In this document: positions 39,263 through 51,791 of the stretch, piece by piece
How positions within the stretch are numbered: position 1 is the first letter of the stretch
Layout of the letters: every line of letters begins with the position of its first letter
Assembly: GCF_022045235.1 (NCBI RefSeq)
Contig: NW_027266264.1
Coordinates: forward strand, 80,538,001-80,602,000
Direction: 5' to 3'
DNA from: Haliotis cracherodii
Lineage: Eukaryota
DNA length: 64,000 nt
Translations under genes and position numbers: made by a program
The notes under the pieces: model-generated
The model's database searches: none
What the model was told of the DNA's origin: nothing
What the model saw: only the letters and a program-made list of their open reading frames with translations

Positions 39263-39358
39263 AGGTCTCACAGCATTTCGGCAGTTCTGCTTTTGGAGTA
39301 TTCACATCTACACGTCAAACCGATTCGTCACCTTTTTAAACAACAGAGTTTATACAAG

Positions 39359-39425
39359 ATGTTGAAATTCTCTGGTATCGGTATTGCTCTTCTGGGACTT
39401 GTCCTCGCTATTGACGGACAAAGAG
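39359..39425 (+). CDS. Gene E exon 1: signal peptide (152 aa protein)
   Basis: MLKFSGIGIALLGLVLAIDGQR; donor GTAAGT at 39426. Confidence 0.85.
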
Positions 39426-39574
39426 GTAAGTGATTCTTCACCTGGAGTTGCCTTAACGCTCAACGACGCCATTGTTAAACGGTTGTAGACAGAGATGCGT
39501 TACCTTGTTGAACAGATTCGTTGTCGTTGTGCGTTGAACCTATGCGTAAAAGGTAACACGTTAGCATGATTGAG

Positions 39575-39742
39575 TGAGTGAGTGAGTGAGTATGGTTTTA
39601 CGCCGCTTTTAGCAATATTCCAGCAATATCACGGTGGGGGACACCAGAAATGGGCTTCACACATTGTACCCATGTCGGGAATCGAACCCGGGTCTTCGGC
39701 GTGACGAGCGAACGCTTTAACCACCAGGCTACCCGACTGCCC
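39575..39742 (-). mobile_element. SINE S2, gene E intron 1
   Basis: TSD TTAGCATGATTGAG (39561-39574/39743-39756); empty site in gene D near 30568. Confidence 0.87.
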
Positions 39743-40517
39743 TTAGCATGATTGAGGAATCAAGGTGGGTAAAACTTGACTACCAATAACTGATACTGCG
39801 GTTGTGAGTATAGGTTAGAGGGGGGAGGGCTGAGGATGCCAATGCAGGGTACGCATGCTCTCACCTGTTTAAACAATGGCGAACATTCAAAGAACCTTAG
39901 CACCTAAAATGTTCAAACAGAATTATCATGTTGACCTTATTTTAAAAGATATCGTCACTGTGTGATGCACGTGAAATATGTTCCCTGTGCCTGTGGCTGC
40001 TCGAGTGATGAAATGCACGTCCCAGGGCAAATATGCAATTTATACATGCGATTAGGCTCCAACTCCTGTTGCTCTTACCTATACTTAGGACCCTACTTAG
40101 TGAGCCCTACTGGGTAAATAGAGCCAGTCATTATGTTCAATAGAGTCCGTTCATATGGTTCATAAGGGCCCCTCGGTGTGGTTCTGTAGATGCATCCCTA
40201 ATTGTTCTTTGACGTCAGTCCTGGTGTTTCTGAGTTAGTCCTAAAGGTTATGTAGAGTTAGTCCTAATGGTTGTGTAGAGTCAGTCCTAACGGTTGTGTA
40301 GATTCAGTCCTAATGGTTGTGTAGAGTCAGTCCTAACGGTTGTGTAGAATCAGTCCTAATGATTGTGTAGAGTCAGTCCTAATGGTTGTCTAGAGTCAGT
40401 CAGAATAGTTCTGTGCATAGAATGTGTTTTTTAAGTCACTCGCAATGGTTGTGTAGAGGCAGTCAAAGATGAGGGTAAGTCATCAGTGAAGTCTACATCT
40501 GATCCTGTTTGTTGCAG

Positions 40518-40724
40518 TGGCACCGGATCCCCGGTGTGATGTGTTCCGGGATGGCACAGGGAACATCATGGTGGACGGCATGGGGTGTAAATACTACCTC
40601 TCGTGCTGGAACTTCATCATCGCTTACGAACCCATGCCCTGTGCTGGCGGCTCCATCTTCAATCCAGACACTGGCATGTGTGATGCGGTGGAATGCTTCG
40701 ATAGAAGCGTTCTGTCTCAATATG
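40518..40724 (+). CDS. Gene E exon 2: CBM14-like domain 1
   Basis: Acceptor gttgcAG, donor GTTAGT; 207 nt as in D. VAPDPRCDVFRDGTGNIMVDGMGCKYYLSCWNFIIAYEPMPCAGGSIFNPDTGMCDAVECFDRSVLSQY. Confidence 0.88.
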
Positions 40725-40878
40725 GTTAGTGCTCAACTATTGTTACCTCTTGGTCACAACTACCACTGTGACTACAAATATCACAACTATTATCAACAGC
40801 ATCATAACGACAACCAGTTACACTGGAACAACAGAACTGCTGCTACAGCAACAACTACGCTACTTGTACTAATCGTCT

Positions 40879-41084
40879 AGTCGTCTAAGGCGCCGCGATT
40901 CGCCGCGCACAGTTGTAGAGTTGTGTTTCTAGGTTTGTAGGCACCATACCCGTGCAATGTTTCACCGGAGTGGTAAACGTCCGAGACCTGCATTCGGGCT
41001 TTCCTCCCACATTAAGCTGACACGCCGCGATATAACTGGAAGACTGTTAAATTCGGCGTTAAACCCAACTCACTCACTCACTCA
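40879..41084 (+). mobile_element. SINE S1, internally deleted, gene E intron 2
   Basis: GTCGTCTAAGGCGCCGCG through AAACCCAACTCACTCAC. Confidence 0.75.
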
Positions 41085-41246
41085 TTGTCTTGTTTGTCAG
41101 CTATGTTCATGACACAGATTTAAGGTGAAATATTTATTGGTCATTAACAGCATCGGTCACATGTGCAGGCCGACATTATAACATTCTAATTTACTGTAAA
41201 AGCTATGCGAAGACTTTCAGGTCACATCATACTCTTTTTTGAACAG

Positions 41247-41431
41247 ACTGTCAACCGGGTTCTCTGGCGGAAGATTGTACCCGCTTCAACATCTGTTTCA
41301 ACACGTTCCATATCTCATACACTTTCCAATGTGGCGAGGGAACCTACTACCACAACGAACTACTCGTGTGCGTCAACCCCAAAGAGTACCCTGGTGTGCC
41401 ACGGAACCAGGGATGCGTCTACAACATCTAG
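41247..41431 (+). CDS. Gene E exon 3: CBM14-like domain 2 and stop
   Basis: Acceptor ttttgaacAG. CQPGSLAEDCTRFNICFNTFHISYTFQCGEGTYYHNELLVCVNPKEYPGVPRNQGCVYNI*. Confidence 0.87.
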
Positions 41432-42150
41432 TAACCGCTGCCACGACAACTGCAGCACCTACATCTACAACTCCTAGTAACCGCAGCCACGACTGAAGCA
41501 CCTACATCTACAACCCCTAGTAACCGCTGCCACGACAACTGCAGCAACTACATCTACAACCCCTAGTAACCGCAGCCCCGACAACTGCAGCAACTACATC
41601 TACAACCCCTAGTAACCGCTGCCACGACAACTGCAGCAACTACATCTACAACCCTAGTAACCGCAGCCCCGACAACTGCAGCAACTACATCTACAACCCC
41701 TAGTAACCGCAGCCACGATGACTGCAGCACCTACATCTACAACCCTAGTAACCGCAGCCGCGACAACTGCAGCACCTACATCTACAACCCCTAGTAACCG
41801 CAGCCGCGACAACTGCAGCACCTACATCTACAACCCCTAGTAACCGCAGCCACGACAACTGCAGCACCTACATCTACAACCCTAGTAACTGCAGCCGCGA
41901 CAACTGCAGCACCTACATCTACAACCCCTAGTAACCACAGCCACGACAACTGCAGCACCTACATCTACAACCCTAGTAACCGCAGCCGCGACAACTGCAG
42001 CAACTACATCTACAACCCCTAGTAACCGCAGCCACGATGACTGCAGCACCTACATCTACAACCCCTAGTAACCACAGCCACGACAACTGCAGCAACTACA
42101 TCTACAACAACTGCAGCAACTACATCTACAACAACTGCAGCACCTGCATC
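41418..42150 (+). repeat. 45/46-bp minisatellite in the gene E 3' UTR, overlapping the stop codon
   Basis: CTACATCTACAACCCCTAGTAACCGCAGCCACGACAACTGCAGCAC, about 15 units. Confidence 0.9.
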
Positions 42151-43747
42151 TACTCTGCTAGTAACTATCGTGTTGCCGATGACCAGTGTTTATGAGGACG
42201 ATCATTCAAGGTTGGGGTAGATATAGTATTGCATGTATTACTTATTGAAACATAACAATAACGCTTCATAAACGCATTAAAATGATGTTACAAATAAACA
42301 ATAAGATTAAAAGATTAATTATTTATTTACTATTTTGTCTGTCTTTTCATCCAAAATAGTTTTTCAATTTCCAACCATGCCTTCTGTTGTCTTGAATGTT
42401 GTAACCTTTATCATACAACTTTTGAGACGAAAGACGCTATTTGTAATCTTGGTAGAAAGAGCATGTTCCATTGTAACTCAAAGGTTGTAAAATGTAGACA
42501 TCAAAGGCTGGAGCTGCTGGAATATTGCTCGACATATTGGAAAGATGAAGTCACCTCTCTTGTCATACAGTGTTGTAGATGATAATTGTAGATCTAAGTA
42601 TGAATCAGATGTGTCAGTTTCACTTGTCTCATATTTCTAGCTCAGGTGGGTCAATGAGTGGAGGGGAATTGTATATTTGATAATTATTGAGCACATCAGT
42701 TTGAGGTATACCTGAAGCTGAAGTTAAACTTCTTGACCACATTCCCTTGTTTCCATTTTGCTAATCTGTCAAAAGGTTCTGACTCTTATGCACAATCAAA
42801 AAGCGACAAAAACATTTCCATACTAGTCGGGGTATGAGCATCTGTATTGTGTGTCACAGAATCTAAATTGTGTATTAACATCCACCAACAGCCTTCATAA
42901 ACAAACTCATTAGAATCTTCTAACCAGCGACATTTCCATCAGTGAACATCGAAAACTGAACTTTTATATCCATTTTGACATATATAATGTACTAAAAACA
43001 ACTACTGCTGTCGAACTGCTGAATTCATTCTGAATATATAGAGTGAGTGAATATTGTTTTACGCTGTTTTTAGACATTTCCCAGCAATGACACGACGGAA
43101 GACATAGAAAAGGTCTTCACACAATTTGCACTAGTTTGGAATCGAACCCGGATTTACTGTGTGTGGAGCAGACGCATTGTCTATCACACCGCATTTAATA
43201 TAACTTGACAAACATTAAACATAAAAAGAGAGTGCTTCTGTTGTTAGTTAATTTAATGAAAACAAGCTTTTGTAGGCATTAGCATCACAGCATAGAAATA
43301 TGTATCTGTTTAAAAATATGGCTATTTTGCTAGAAATGGTCGCTGGTGTTTTGTTATTAATGAACTAGTATTACTTTTCTTCACCCCGTTGAAACCTGTA
43401 TTCCTGATACCGATAGAGGTCACATACGTTGTAATGAGAACAGGTGGTCTTCTAATGCATGGTTGTGTCGCCATGTGTCCAGTCCAGCGATACCGTCACA
43501 CAAAGCCACACGTAAGACTTGCGATGTCGCGAGGCGGAAAGTCTCTGCTAGTCCTGCACCATGACTGTGGAATATATTTATTTTATGGAAAATAATAATC
43601 TAGAAACTCATACAAAAGCAAGTCTAGCCAGCTCTAGCTAGCAAATCAGCATAGGGAGATTTTTTTAGAGTCAAGAAGGATATTGTGTAATATAAGATTT
43701 CATAGACTAAATGTTAGTCTAAGTCTCCGCTTGTTCCAGAGGTTCGG

Positions 43748-43858
43748 GGCCCCGTTCCACAAAGCGATCTTAGTGCTACGTTGATCGTAGCCTATGATAA
43801 TGTATGGGAGTTACGACCAACGATCTTAGCACTAAGATCGCTTTGTGGAAGGGGTTCC
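43748..43858. mobile_element. Small palindromic MITE
   Basis: TTCCACAAAGCGATCTTAGTGCTA / TAGCACTAAGATCGCTTTGTGGAA; degenerate relative near 35445-35534. Confidence 0.65.
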
Positions 43859-44365
43859 GGGTCTTTTTTCGAGGCGCTGTTAACCTCAACACGAAACAGG
43901 AAAGTACTGATCATGAGTTGTTGGGTGTTGTGGACACATTCGGAATACGTGGATACTGTCCGTGGGTTTTCCCTCACAAGATACGGGAGCAAGTACGGAA
44001 CGGGATCAGTTTGTGGAGGTCAGTTTATCTTATTTCACTGCCATGGCGATATGAGGCGACCGTGAATCTCTGAGGTTCATCACGTTGTGATCAGCCATAC
44101 TGGTTCCTGTTTCACCTTCCGTTTCTTCCAACCTCTGACATTAGAAAATGTCTGCTATTAGCTTCTTTTTGACATCTGAAAATGTCTTTTATGTAACTGT
44201 TTGGAAACAGCATGCTGCCGTTGAGAAAAGTCCACACTAGTTCCTTCCTGAATACCATTCTACCTAGAAACCTTAGTTTATGGACTTTGTGGAATTATCA
44301 TCAACACCCATATCCATGGAAGCATTCAGGTTAATACAAACTGTATTCGATTCCCGAATTCAAAC

Positions 44366-44695
44366 GACCGCCTCCGATGTCTAGTGGTAGAGCGTGCGCA
44401 CGGAGAGCGGAAAGTCAGGGGTTCGATCCCGGCCGCGTCATACTAAAAGACGTTAAAAGATGGTTCTTGTTGTTACGCTGTCTGGCCCTCGGCATTTAGG
44501 GGCTAAAACAAGGACTGGTCGGCTCGGAGTCAGTATACTATGTCTGAGTGGGGTATTCGTGTTAAACTGCGGCATGGTATCTCAGTGAGCTGACACTATA
44601 AATCGGCATCAGTCCGGACTAGTACAAGCAGCCACACAAACACACGTGCATGCACGTCGCTAAAAATGTCCAATAATCTTGGACGCGACGTTAAA
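44366..44695 (+). mobile_element. SINE S4
   Basis: Homolog; TSD CCGAATT(C/G)AAAC. Partial copies near 36178-36380 (-), 58307-58395 and 61692-61822. Confidence 0.82.
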
Positions 44696-45474
44696 CCGAA
44701 TTGAAACAATATGTTAATCCGGAAATCTGTACGTAAAAGTACTTAGTGTGAAACCAACAAACAACCAACAAGTGGTATACAATCAACAAATGTATTACAC
44801 AATTATTTAAGTTAACAAATCAATACAAATTAATTCACAGCAATTACAATGGCAGTAAACAACAGAGTGGTTGTACAATATAAATAAAATAAAATAAAAA
44901 TACAGTGGTGATAGCAAAAGTCAGTGATAATAATATATATTCACCCAGCGGCGACAGTGGTCAAGCTTCCGAGATGGGCTAGGCAAGGAATGAGGGATGA
45001 TGAGCGATCCTCACAAAGAAACTGGTACCAAAGCGATGAATATGCATGAGACGAACTGTGTGAAAGAATGTGTGAGAGTTGAGGCAGGCACTACCTACCT
45101 AGCTTCCGGAACTTTCCAGGCAATTCATGTGCATTTCATGTCCATAACGTAACATAAAACAGACGTTTGTACACAACGGACGTTTCTACACCAGTTAACG
45201 AACATGTGACTGACATCGTTCAATCCAAAATATTTCATTTGTATTGAATGTTTCATCAATAAACAAAATCAACATTCTCATTATCTCCTGTGCGTTTAAG
45301 TTTTTGAAGAGTGAATATTGCGCATTTTTCCACACAACATAAGGGCGTGCTCAAAGCCCTATTACTACCGGTTCAATGGTTCAGTGTGCACTCGACAATC
45401 ATTCTCAGCTCCCTGGGGAGTGTACAATCCACGCTGCCTGAGAGGGGCTTGAAGGTTAACAACCACAAAGGGTT

Positions 45475-45746
45475 ACCTCCACCCACCCAGCAAGATCTAA
45501 CAACGGATACAAAGGGCTACCTCCACCCTCCCAGCAAGATCTAACAACGGATACAAAGGGCTACCTCCAACCACCCAGCAAGATCTAACAACGGATACAA
45601 ATGGCTACCTCCACCCGCCCAGCAAGATCTAACAACGGATACAAAGGGCTACCTCCACCCGCCCAGCAAGATCTAACAACGGATACAAAGGGCTACCTCC
45701 ACCCTCCCAGCAAGATCTAACAACGGATACAAAGGGCTACCTCCAC
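45475..45746. repeat. 44-bp tandem repeat, about 6 units
   Basis: ACCTCCACCCACCCAGCAAGATCTAACAACGGATACAAAGGGCT. Confidence 0.9.
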
Positions 45747-45939
45747 AAAGGGAATCAACCCCCAAAAGTTCTAGAACTTGTACTTCACCCACCTTCCCCC
45801 GAGTTATCTCCCCTCCTTATACTTTCCTTTGTGTTTCCATTTCGCATGCCCTCATTCTCCCGTTCTCTCTGTGAATATGATCGCTGTATGACAGTTAATG
45901 AGTTGGTACGAAATAGTTCAATTAGATTTTACCAGCCAC

Positions 45940-46320
45940 TCCTCTCCGTTCGGCTATCTCACTCGCCCCCTCTCCTCTCTCTCTCCTTCTCTCTCTGTGT
46001 AGCTCTCTCTATATCTCCTCTCTATCTCTCTCTTTAGCTCTCTCTCACTCTGTAGCTCTCTCTGTCTCACCTTCGCTCTCTCTCTCTCCTATCTCTTTCA
46101 CTCTCTCTGTAGCTCTTTATCTCTCCTCTCTCCTTCGCTCTCTCTCGCTCTCGCCCTCTGTAGCTATCTTTCACCTTTCTTTCACTCTCTCTGTAGCTCT
46201 CTCTTTCTCCTCTCTCTCTCTCCTTCTCACTCTGTGTAGCTCTCGCTATCTCTCCTCTTTCTCCCACTCTCTATAGCTCGGTCTCTCTTCTCTCTCTCCT
46301 TCTCTCCCTCTCCTCTCTCC
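45940..46320. repeat. CT-rich low-complexity tract
   Basis: Degenerate (CT)n; a shorter equivalent lies at 38686-38770 upstream of E. Confidence 0.85.
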
Positions 46321-46900
46321 ACACTCGATATTTTACCTCGGTTTGTCTGTTTAGCTCTTTCGATATTGTTATCTATTCTCTCTCACCTCACATTGCCCCC
46401 TTTCTTCCAAAATGTCTCCCCGCGAATCTCTTACAGTCAACCAGCATCCCGGATCTACCTAAACAGCCTGGCATATACACACAGGGCGAGGTTACATATG
46501 TAGTTTACACTTCCCATACATTAAACCCTCCACGCTGACCTATTCACGTCCTCACCAATACACTGCACCCAGTGTCATTAATGTACTTTGATATTTGTCT
46601 CGTTGTAATCCGCTATACAAAACTAGTTTTAATTCAGTTCAACATTTACTTCGATTTTCTTGCCATTCCTATGACGTTGCAGGAGAATGTTACTGTTCCA
46701 CCATATACGTTCCCATCATTCCTTCAGCTTCCCAAGTATGCCTCGCTGCATGCCGTACACAAGGAGCGTGACCAAACAACGCAAAACCTCGGGTCTGTTT
46801 CATTACAACCAAAATACTTTGGACAAATTACAATCCGGGGAATATTCATGCAGTGGCTTTTAGTCACATTCTCATAAGTAGACATTTACATAAGGGGAGG

Positions 46901-46930
46901 GCACCTGTTCCATGTGCCCCTATAATAGAC
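46901..46930 (+). promoter_or_regulatory. E-box plus TATA core promoter of gene F
   Basis: CATGTGccccTATAATAG; CANNTG retained. Confidence 0.55.
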
Positions 46931-47026
46931 GGGTCTCGCAGCATTTCGGCAGTTCTGCTTTTGGAGTTTTCACATACACACGTTAACCGGATTCCTCGTC
47001 TCTATACGCAACAGAATTTATACAAG

Positions 47027-47093
47027 ATGTTGAAATTCTCTGGTATCGGTATTGCTCTTCTGGGACTTGTCCTCGCTATTGACGGACAGATGG
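47027..47093 (+). CDS. Gene F exon 1: signal peptide (154 aa protein)
   Basis: MLKFSGIGIALLGLVLAIDGQM; donor GTAAGT at 47094. Confidence 0.85.
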
Positions 47094-47238
47094 GTAAGTA
47101 GTTCTCCCCTTGGTGTGTTAAGTAAACTGTCAACGTTACATCAGCCTGTTGACGTTGCCTTAACGCTACACCGACGTCAGTGTTAAACGGATTTAGATAG
47201 AGATGGCTTGCCCTGTTCAACAGACGTCGACCGAGTCG

Positions 47239-47281
<43 letters not shown>

Positions 47282-47957
47282 ACAATATGTATGCACGTGG
47301 TTTGCATCGGTAATGCGATAGTTAAGAAGGAAATAACGTTTGCCAGCTGTGTATGCGTTGTATGTGATATGCATTCAAATTCCCTGGTCATTCTTGATAT
47401 TTCATGTATATTTCTCCATCTACGGGCCGCATTTGAACTCAATAGTTTATGCAGAATAAGAACTCGGGCATGTTTTGTTACATTTAATAGCAACCCTTCG
47501 GCTGTTGCCACCGTTTGGGATACTGGGATACTTGTCGGTGATGTGTCTCAAGGCATTGACTTGGTGCATGCAGAGGCCTTGCTAATTTAATAGATATTTG
47601 GTGCAGGAAGAAGGGTTTTAATTGGTGTCCTTGTGTTAGTTCTTCCAGTTATGGTCTACATGAACGGTATTACTGAGGATTAAACAGTGTTATCGAACGC
47701 TAGGCAGAGTGACATCTTTTAACGTGTATTTGTATCACGCTGCCGGGGATCGAACACCGACCTTCCTCTTTCCGGACAGACACGCTATTCACCAGACCAA
47801 GAAGGCGGTGATGGCACAGATAAGCATGATGACAAGATGATATGGCCAGTTTGAACTTGCAACCTATTCATCTGTGTCTTTAATTTAAACATAATCTTGA
47901 ACGTGACTTTAAACTCCATTTCACCTCACCTAATTAATCACACATCAGTAAGATCCT

Positions 47958-48160
47958 TGTTTGTTGTTTAACGCCGCACTCAACAATATTCCAGCTATTT
48001 GACGGCTGTCTGTAAATAATCGAGTCTGAACCAGACAATCCAGTGATTGACATAATGAACATCGATCCATGCAATTGGAATACGATGGCATGCATCATCA
48101 CCCAAGTCAGCAAGCCTGACCAGCCGGTCCCGTTAGTCCCCTCTTTCGACAAGCATAGTA
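47958..48160 (-). mobile_element. SINE-like S3, 5'-truncated
   Basis: Homology to S3. Confidence 0.75.
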
Positions 48161-48479
48161 GAAATATGTTTCACTTCAGGAGTTAGAGTCAGTACTAATT
48201 AAATTCTAACTCCATAATTTGATGCTAAACCTCACCACTTCATTGCATTTTGGGGCTACTATGATGGGAGACATTGAAGCCTGGCGTGTCACCTTTCTCT
48301 TCCATCACTCTCAACAAAGCAATTCTTGTTTCAGCCAAAGCAATGAACGGTTCGAAGTTGAATTGGTCGTAGAATTTTGTATCTTTTTTTTTGTAGAATG
48401 ACTTGAATAAATCAAAAGTATTCCTTCTTATCTAGTTCTGGAATGTTTTTGGATAGAATAGGTTCCCTTTCAACACGAA

Positions 48480-49630
48480 TATAAATCTGTGAGGTGATTT
48501 GAGTAGAATTTGTACCCAGTGAAAACGGTTATACACTTGTGGAGTAACTTGAGTAGAATGTGTACCCTGTACACGCGGTTATATACTTGTGAGTTAAATG
48601 AGTAGAATGTGTGCCCAGTGCACGCGGTTATATACTTGTGGGGTAACTTGAGTAGAATGTGCACCCAGTACACATGATAACTTGAGTAAAATGTGTGCCC
48701 AGTACACGCGGTTATATATACTTGTGAGGTAACTTGAGTAGAATGTGTGCCCAGTACACATGGTTATATACTTGTTGGGTAACTTGAGTAGAATGTGTGC
48801 CCAGTACACGCGGTTATATACTTGTGAGGTAACTTGAGTAGAATGTGTGCCCAGTACACATGGTTATATACTTGTTGGGTAACTTGAGTAGAATGTGTGC
48901 CCAGTACACGCGGTTATATACTTGTGAGGTAACTTGAGTAGAATGTGTGCCCTGTACATATGGTTATATACTTGTGGGGTAGCTTGAGTAGAATGTGTAC
49001 ACGGAACACGTGGTTATATACTTGTGAGGTAACTTGAGTAGAATGTGTACCCAGTACATACAGTTACACACTTGTGAGGGGTAACTTGAGTAGAATGTGT
49101 ACCCTGTACAAACGGTTATATACTTGTGAGGGGTAACTTGAGTAGAATGTGTGCCCAATATATGCGGTTATGTACTTGTGGGGTACATGGAGTAGAATTT
49201 GTACCCAATACATGCGGTTACATACTTGTGAGGTAACTTGAGTAGAACATATACCCAGTACAAACGGTTATATACTTGTGAGGTAACTTGAGTAGAATGT
49301 GTACCCAGTACAAACGGTTATATACTTGTGGGGTAACTTGAGTAGAATGTGTACCCAGTACACGCGGTTATATACTTGTGGGGTAACTTGAGTAGAATGT
49401 GTACACCAGTACATACGGTGACATACTTGTGGGGTAACTTGAGTAGAATGTGTACCCAGTACATACGGTGACATACTTGTGGGGTAACTTGAGTAGAATG
49501 TGTCCCCAGTACACACGGTGACATGCTTGTGGGGTAACTTGAGTAGAATGTGCACCCAGTACATACGGTGACATACTTGTGGGGTAACTTGAGTAGAATG
49601 TGTCCCCAGTACATACGGTGACATACTTGA
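48480..49630. repeat. Minisatellite of about 50 bp, gene F intron 1
   Basis: CTTGTGAGGTAACTTGAGTAGAATGTGTGCCCAGTACACGCGGTTATATA. Confidence 0.92.
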
Positions 49631-49700
49631 TGGGGGTAAGTATAAGTAAAACATCCCCAGTATCCAATCACATAATTAACCTCAGGATATACTGTATATA

Positions 49701-50040
49701 CGAGGGGCGTTCAATAAGTTTTGCAACTTCAATATAAGACCAAGTCGCAGAATATCTTTTGACTTTTATTTTTCAATATAATCTCCATTCATCTCAATAC
49801 ACTTATTCCATTTTAATACCACTTTTATAGAAATCCGCAGATTGGCCCTCTAACCACGCCTCTGTGGCAGCCTTTATGTCCTCGTCATCCTGGAAGCGTC
49901 TTCCACGTAGGGCAGATTTCATTTGCTGGAACAGGAGATCGTCACTGGGGGCTAGGTCTGAGCTGTACAGTTAAATCACCCACCCTACAGCCCAGACTTA
50001 GCCCCCAGTGACTATTTCATGTTCCGGCAAATGAAATCTA
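49701..50040. mobile_element. Mariner transposase 3'-end fragment with TIR and inverted duplicate
   Basis: TA|CGAGGGGCGTTCAATAAGT TIR; minus-strand YSSDLAPSDDLLFQQMKSALRGRRFQDDEDIKAATEAW; plus-strand HPPYSPDLAPSDYFMFRQMKS. Confidence 0.75.
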
Positions 50041-50298
50041 CCAGTCGTATATAAATCCTTCAGAGCCAGTCGTATATAGTTTCTTCGGAGCAATTCGTAT
50101 TCAGTTTCTTCCGAGCGAGCCGTATATAGTTTCTTCGGAGCAATTCGTATAGTTTCTTCAGAGCCAATCGTATATAGTATCTTCAGAAACAGGCCTGTAT
50201 AGTATCGTTAGAGCCAGTCGCATATTCTTTCTGTAGAGGCCGCCAGAGAGAGTGAGTGGAGAACACTATCCTGTACTATGCATCGTGTTTACTTTCAG

Positions 50299-50502
50299 GG
50301 GTTTCGGATCCCCGTTGCGATGAGATGCCTGACGGCAAAGGGAACGTAATGGCCAACGGCAAGTCTTGCAAAGAGTTCCTCCAGTGCTGGGACTACCTCA
50401 TCTATGGTCCGATGCCCTGCGCTGGGGGCACCATGTTCAACTCAACAACCGGCGATTGTGATGCAACGGAATGCATCGAAGGCAGATCAGGAACTCCGGA
50501 CG
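50299..50502 (+). CDS. Gene F exon 2: CBM14-like domain 1
   Basis: Acceptor tactttcAG; donor GTGCGT placed by phase and homology. VSDPRCDEMPDGKGNVMANGKSCKEFLQCWDYLIYGPMPCAGGTMFNSTTGDCDATECIEGRSGTPD. Confidence 0.85.
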
Positions 50503-50575
50503 GTGCGTTCACAAGCACAACTACAATTTCTAACTTTAACAGCTACGTTTACTATCGTATTACGACTACTGTACC

Positions 50576-50576
<1 letters not shown>

Positions 50577-50619
<43 letters not shown>

Positions 50620-51449
50620 TGGTTGGTTGGTTTGTCTTTTAACGCCGCACTCAGCAATAATTCCGCTATATGCCGGCGGTCTGTAAATAATCGAGTCTGG
50701 ACCAGACAATCCAGTGATTGATATCATGAGCATCGTTCCACGCCATTGGGATACGATTTTATGCATCAACCAAGTCAGCGAGCCTGACCACCCGATCCCG
50801 TTAGTCGCCTCTTACGACAGGCATAGACGCCTTCTACGGCAAGGATGGGTTGCTGAAGACCTATTCTACCCCAGATCTTCACGGGCCACTACTACTACTA
50901 CCACCACCACAAATACTTCTACTACTACTGCTGCTACAACCACTACCACTACCTGCAACTCCACTACTACTACATTTNNNNNNNNNNNNNNNNNNNNNNN
51001 NNNNNNNNNNNNNNNNNNNNNNNNNNNNNNNNNNNNNNNNNNNNNNNNNNNNNNNNNNNNNNNNNNNNNNNNNNNNNNNNNNNNNNNNNNNNNNNNNNNN
51101 NNNNNNNNNNNNNNNNNNNNNNNNNNNNNNNNNNNNNNNNNNNNNNNNNNNNNNNNNNNNNNNNNNNNNNNNNNNNNNNNNNNNNNNNNNNNNNNNNNNN
51201 NNNNNNNNNNNNNNNNNNNNNNNNNNNNNNNNNNNNNNNNNNNNNNNNNNNNNNNNNNNNNNNNNNNNNNNNNNNNNNNNNNNNNTACCTCCATTACTAC
51301 TACTACTACTACTACTACCTCCACTACTACTACTACTACTGCTGCTGCTTCTGCTACTACTACCACTACCTCCCTTACTACTATTACTACCACATTTAAT
51401 ACTACTAGTACTACTACTACCACTACCTCCAGTACTACTACTACAGCTG

Positions 51450-51480
<31 letters not shown>

Positions 51481-51700
51481 CGCTACTACTACCTCCACTA
51501 CGTCACGCCGAAGACCCGGGTTCGATTCCCGACATGGGTACAATGTGTGAATTTCTGGCGTCCCCCGCCGTGATATTGCTGGAATATTGCTATAAGCGGC
51601 GTAAAACCATACTCACTTACTACTACTACTACTACTACTACTACTACCTCAACTACTACTACTACTACTACTATTACTACTACTACTACTAGCACTACTG
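50577..51700. repeat. (ACT)n-rich microsatellite field in gene F intron 2 (contains SINEs and a gap)
   Basis: ACT/ACC/GCT triplet runs. Confidence 0.85.
50619..50886 (-). mobile_element. SINE-like S3 inserted into the (ACT)n tract of gene F intron 2
   Basis: Full-length reverse copy flanked by ACT repeats. Confidence 0.82.
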
Positions 51701-51791
51701 CCAGAGGGACTCATGACTAGTTTCATTCAACCTGTGCCGGCGATTTAACTAGATCGGGTTGTCATGCTGCAGTTTTGTGTTCTTTTTCCAG

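Noticed and set aside
44712-45154. Second possible solo LTR (TGTTA...TAACA)
   Set aside because: No convincing TSD and too little other support.
50714-51695. Poly-Thr, poly-Leu and poly-Val ORFs (also 61511-62224)
   Set aside because: (ACT)n microsatellite plus SINE sequence and an N gap; no supported splice sites as a separate exon.
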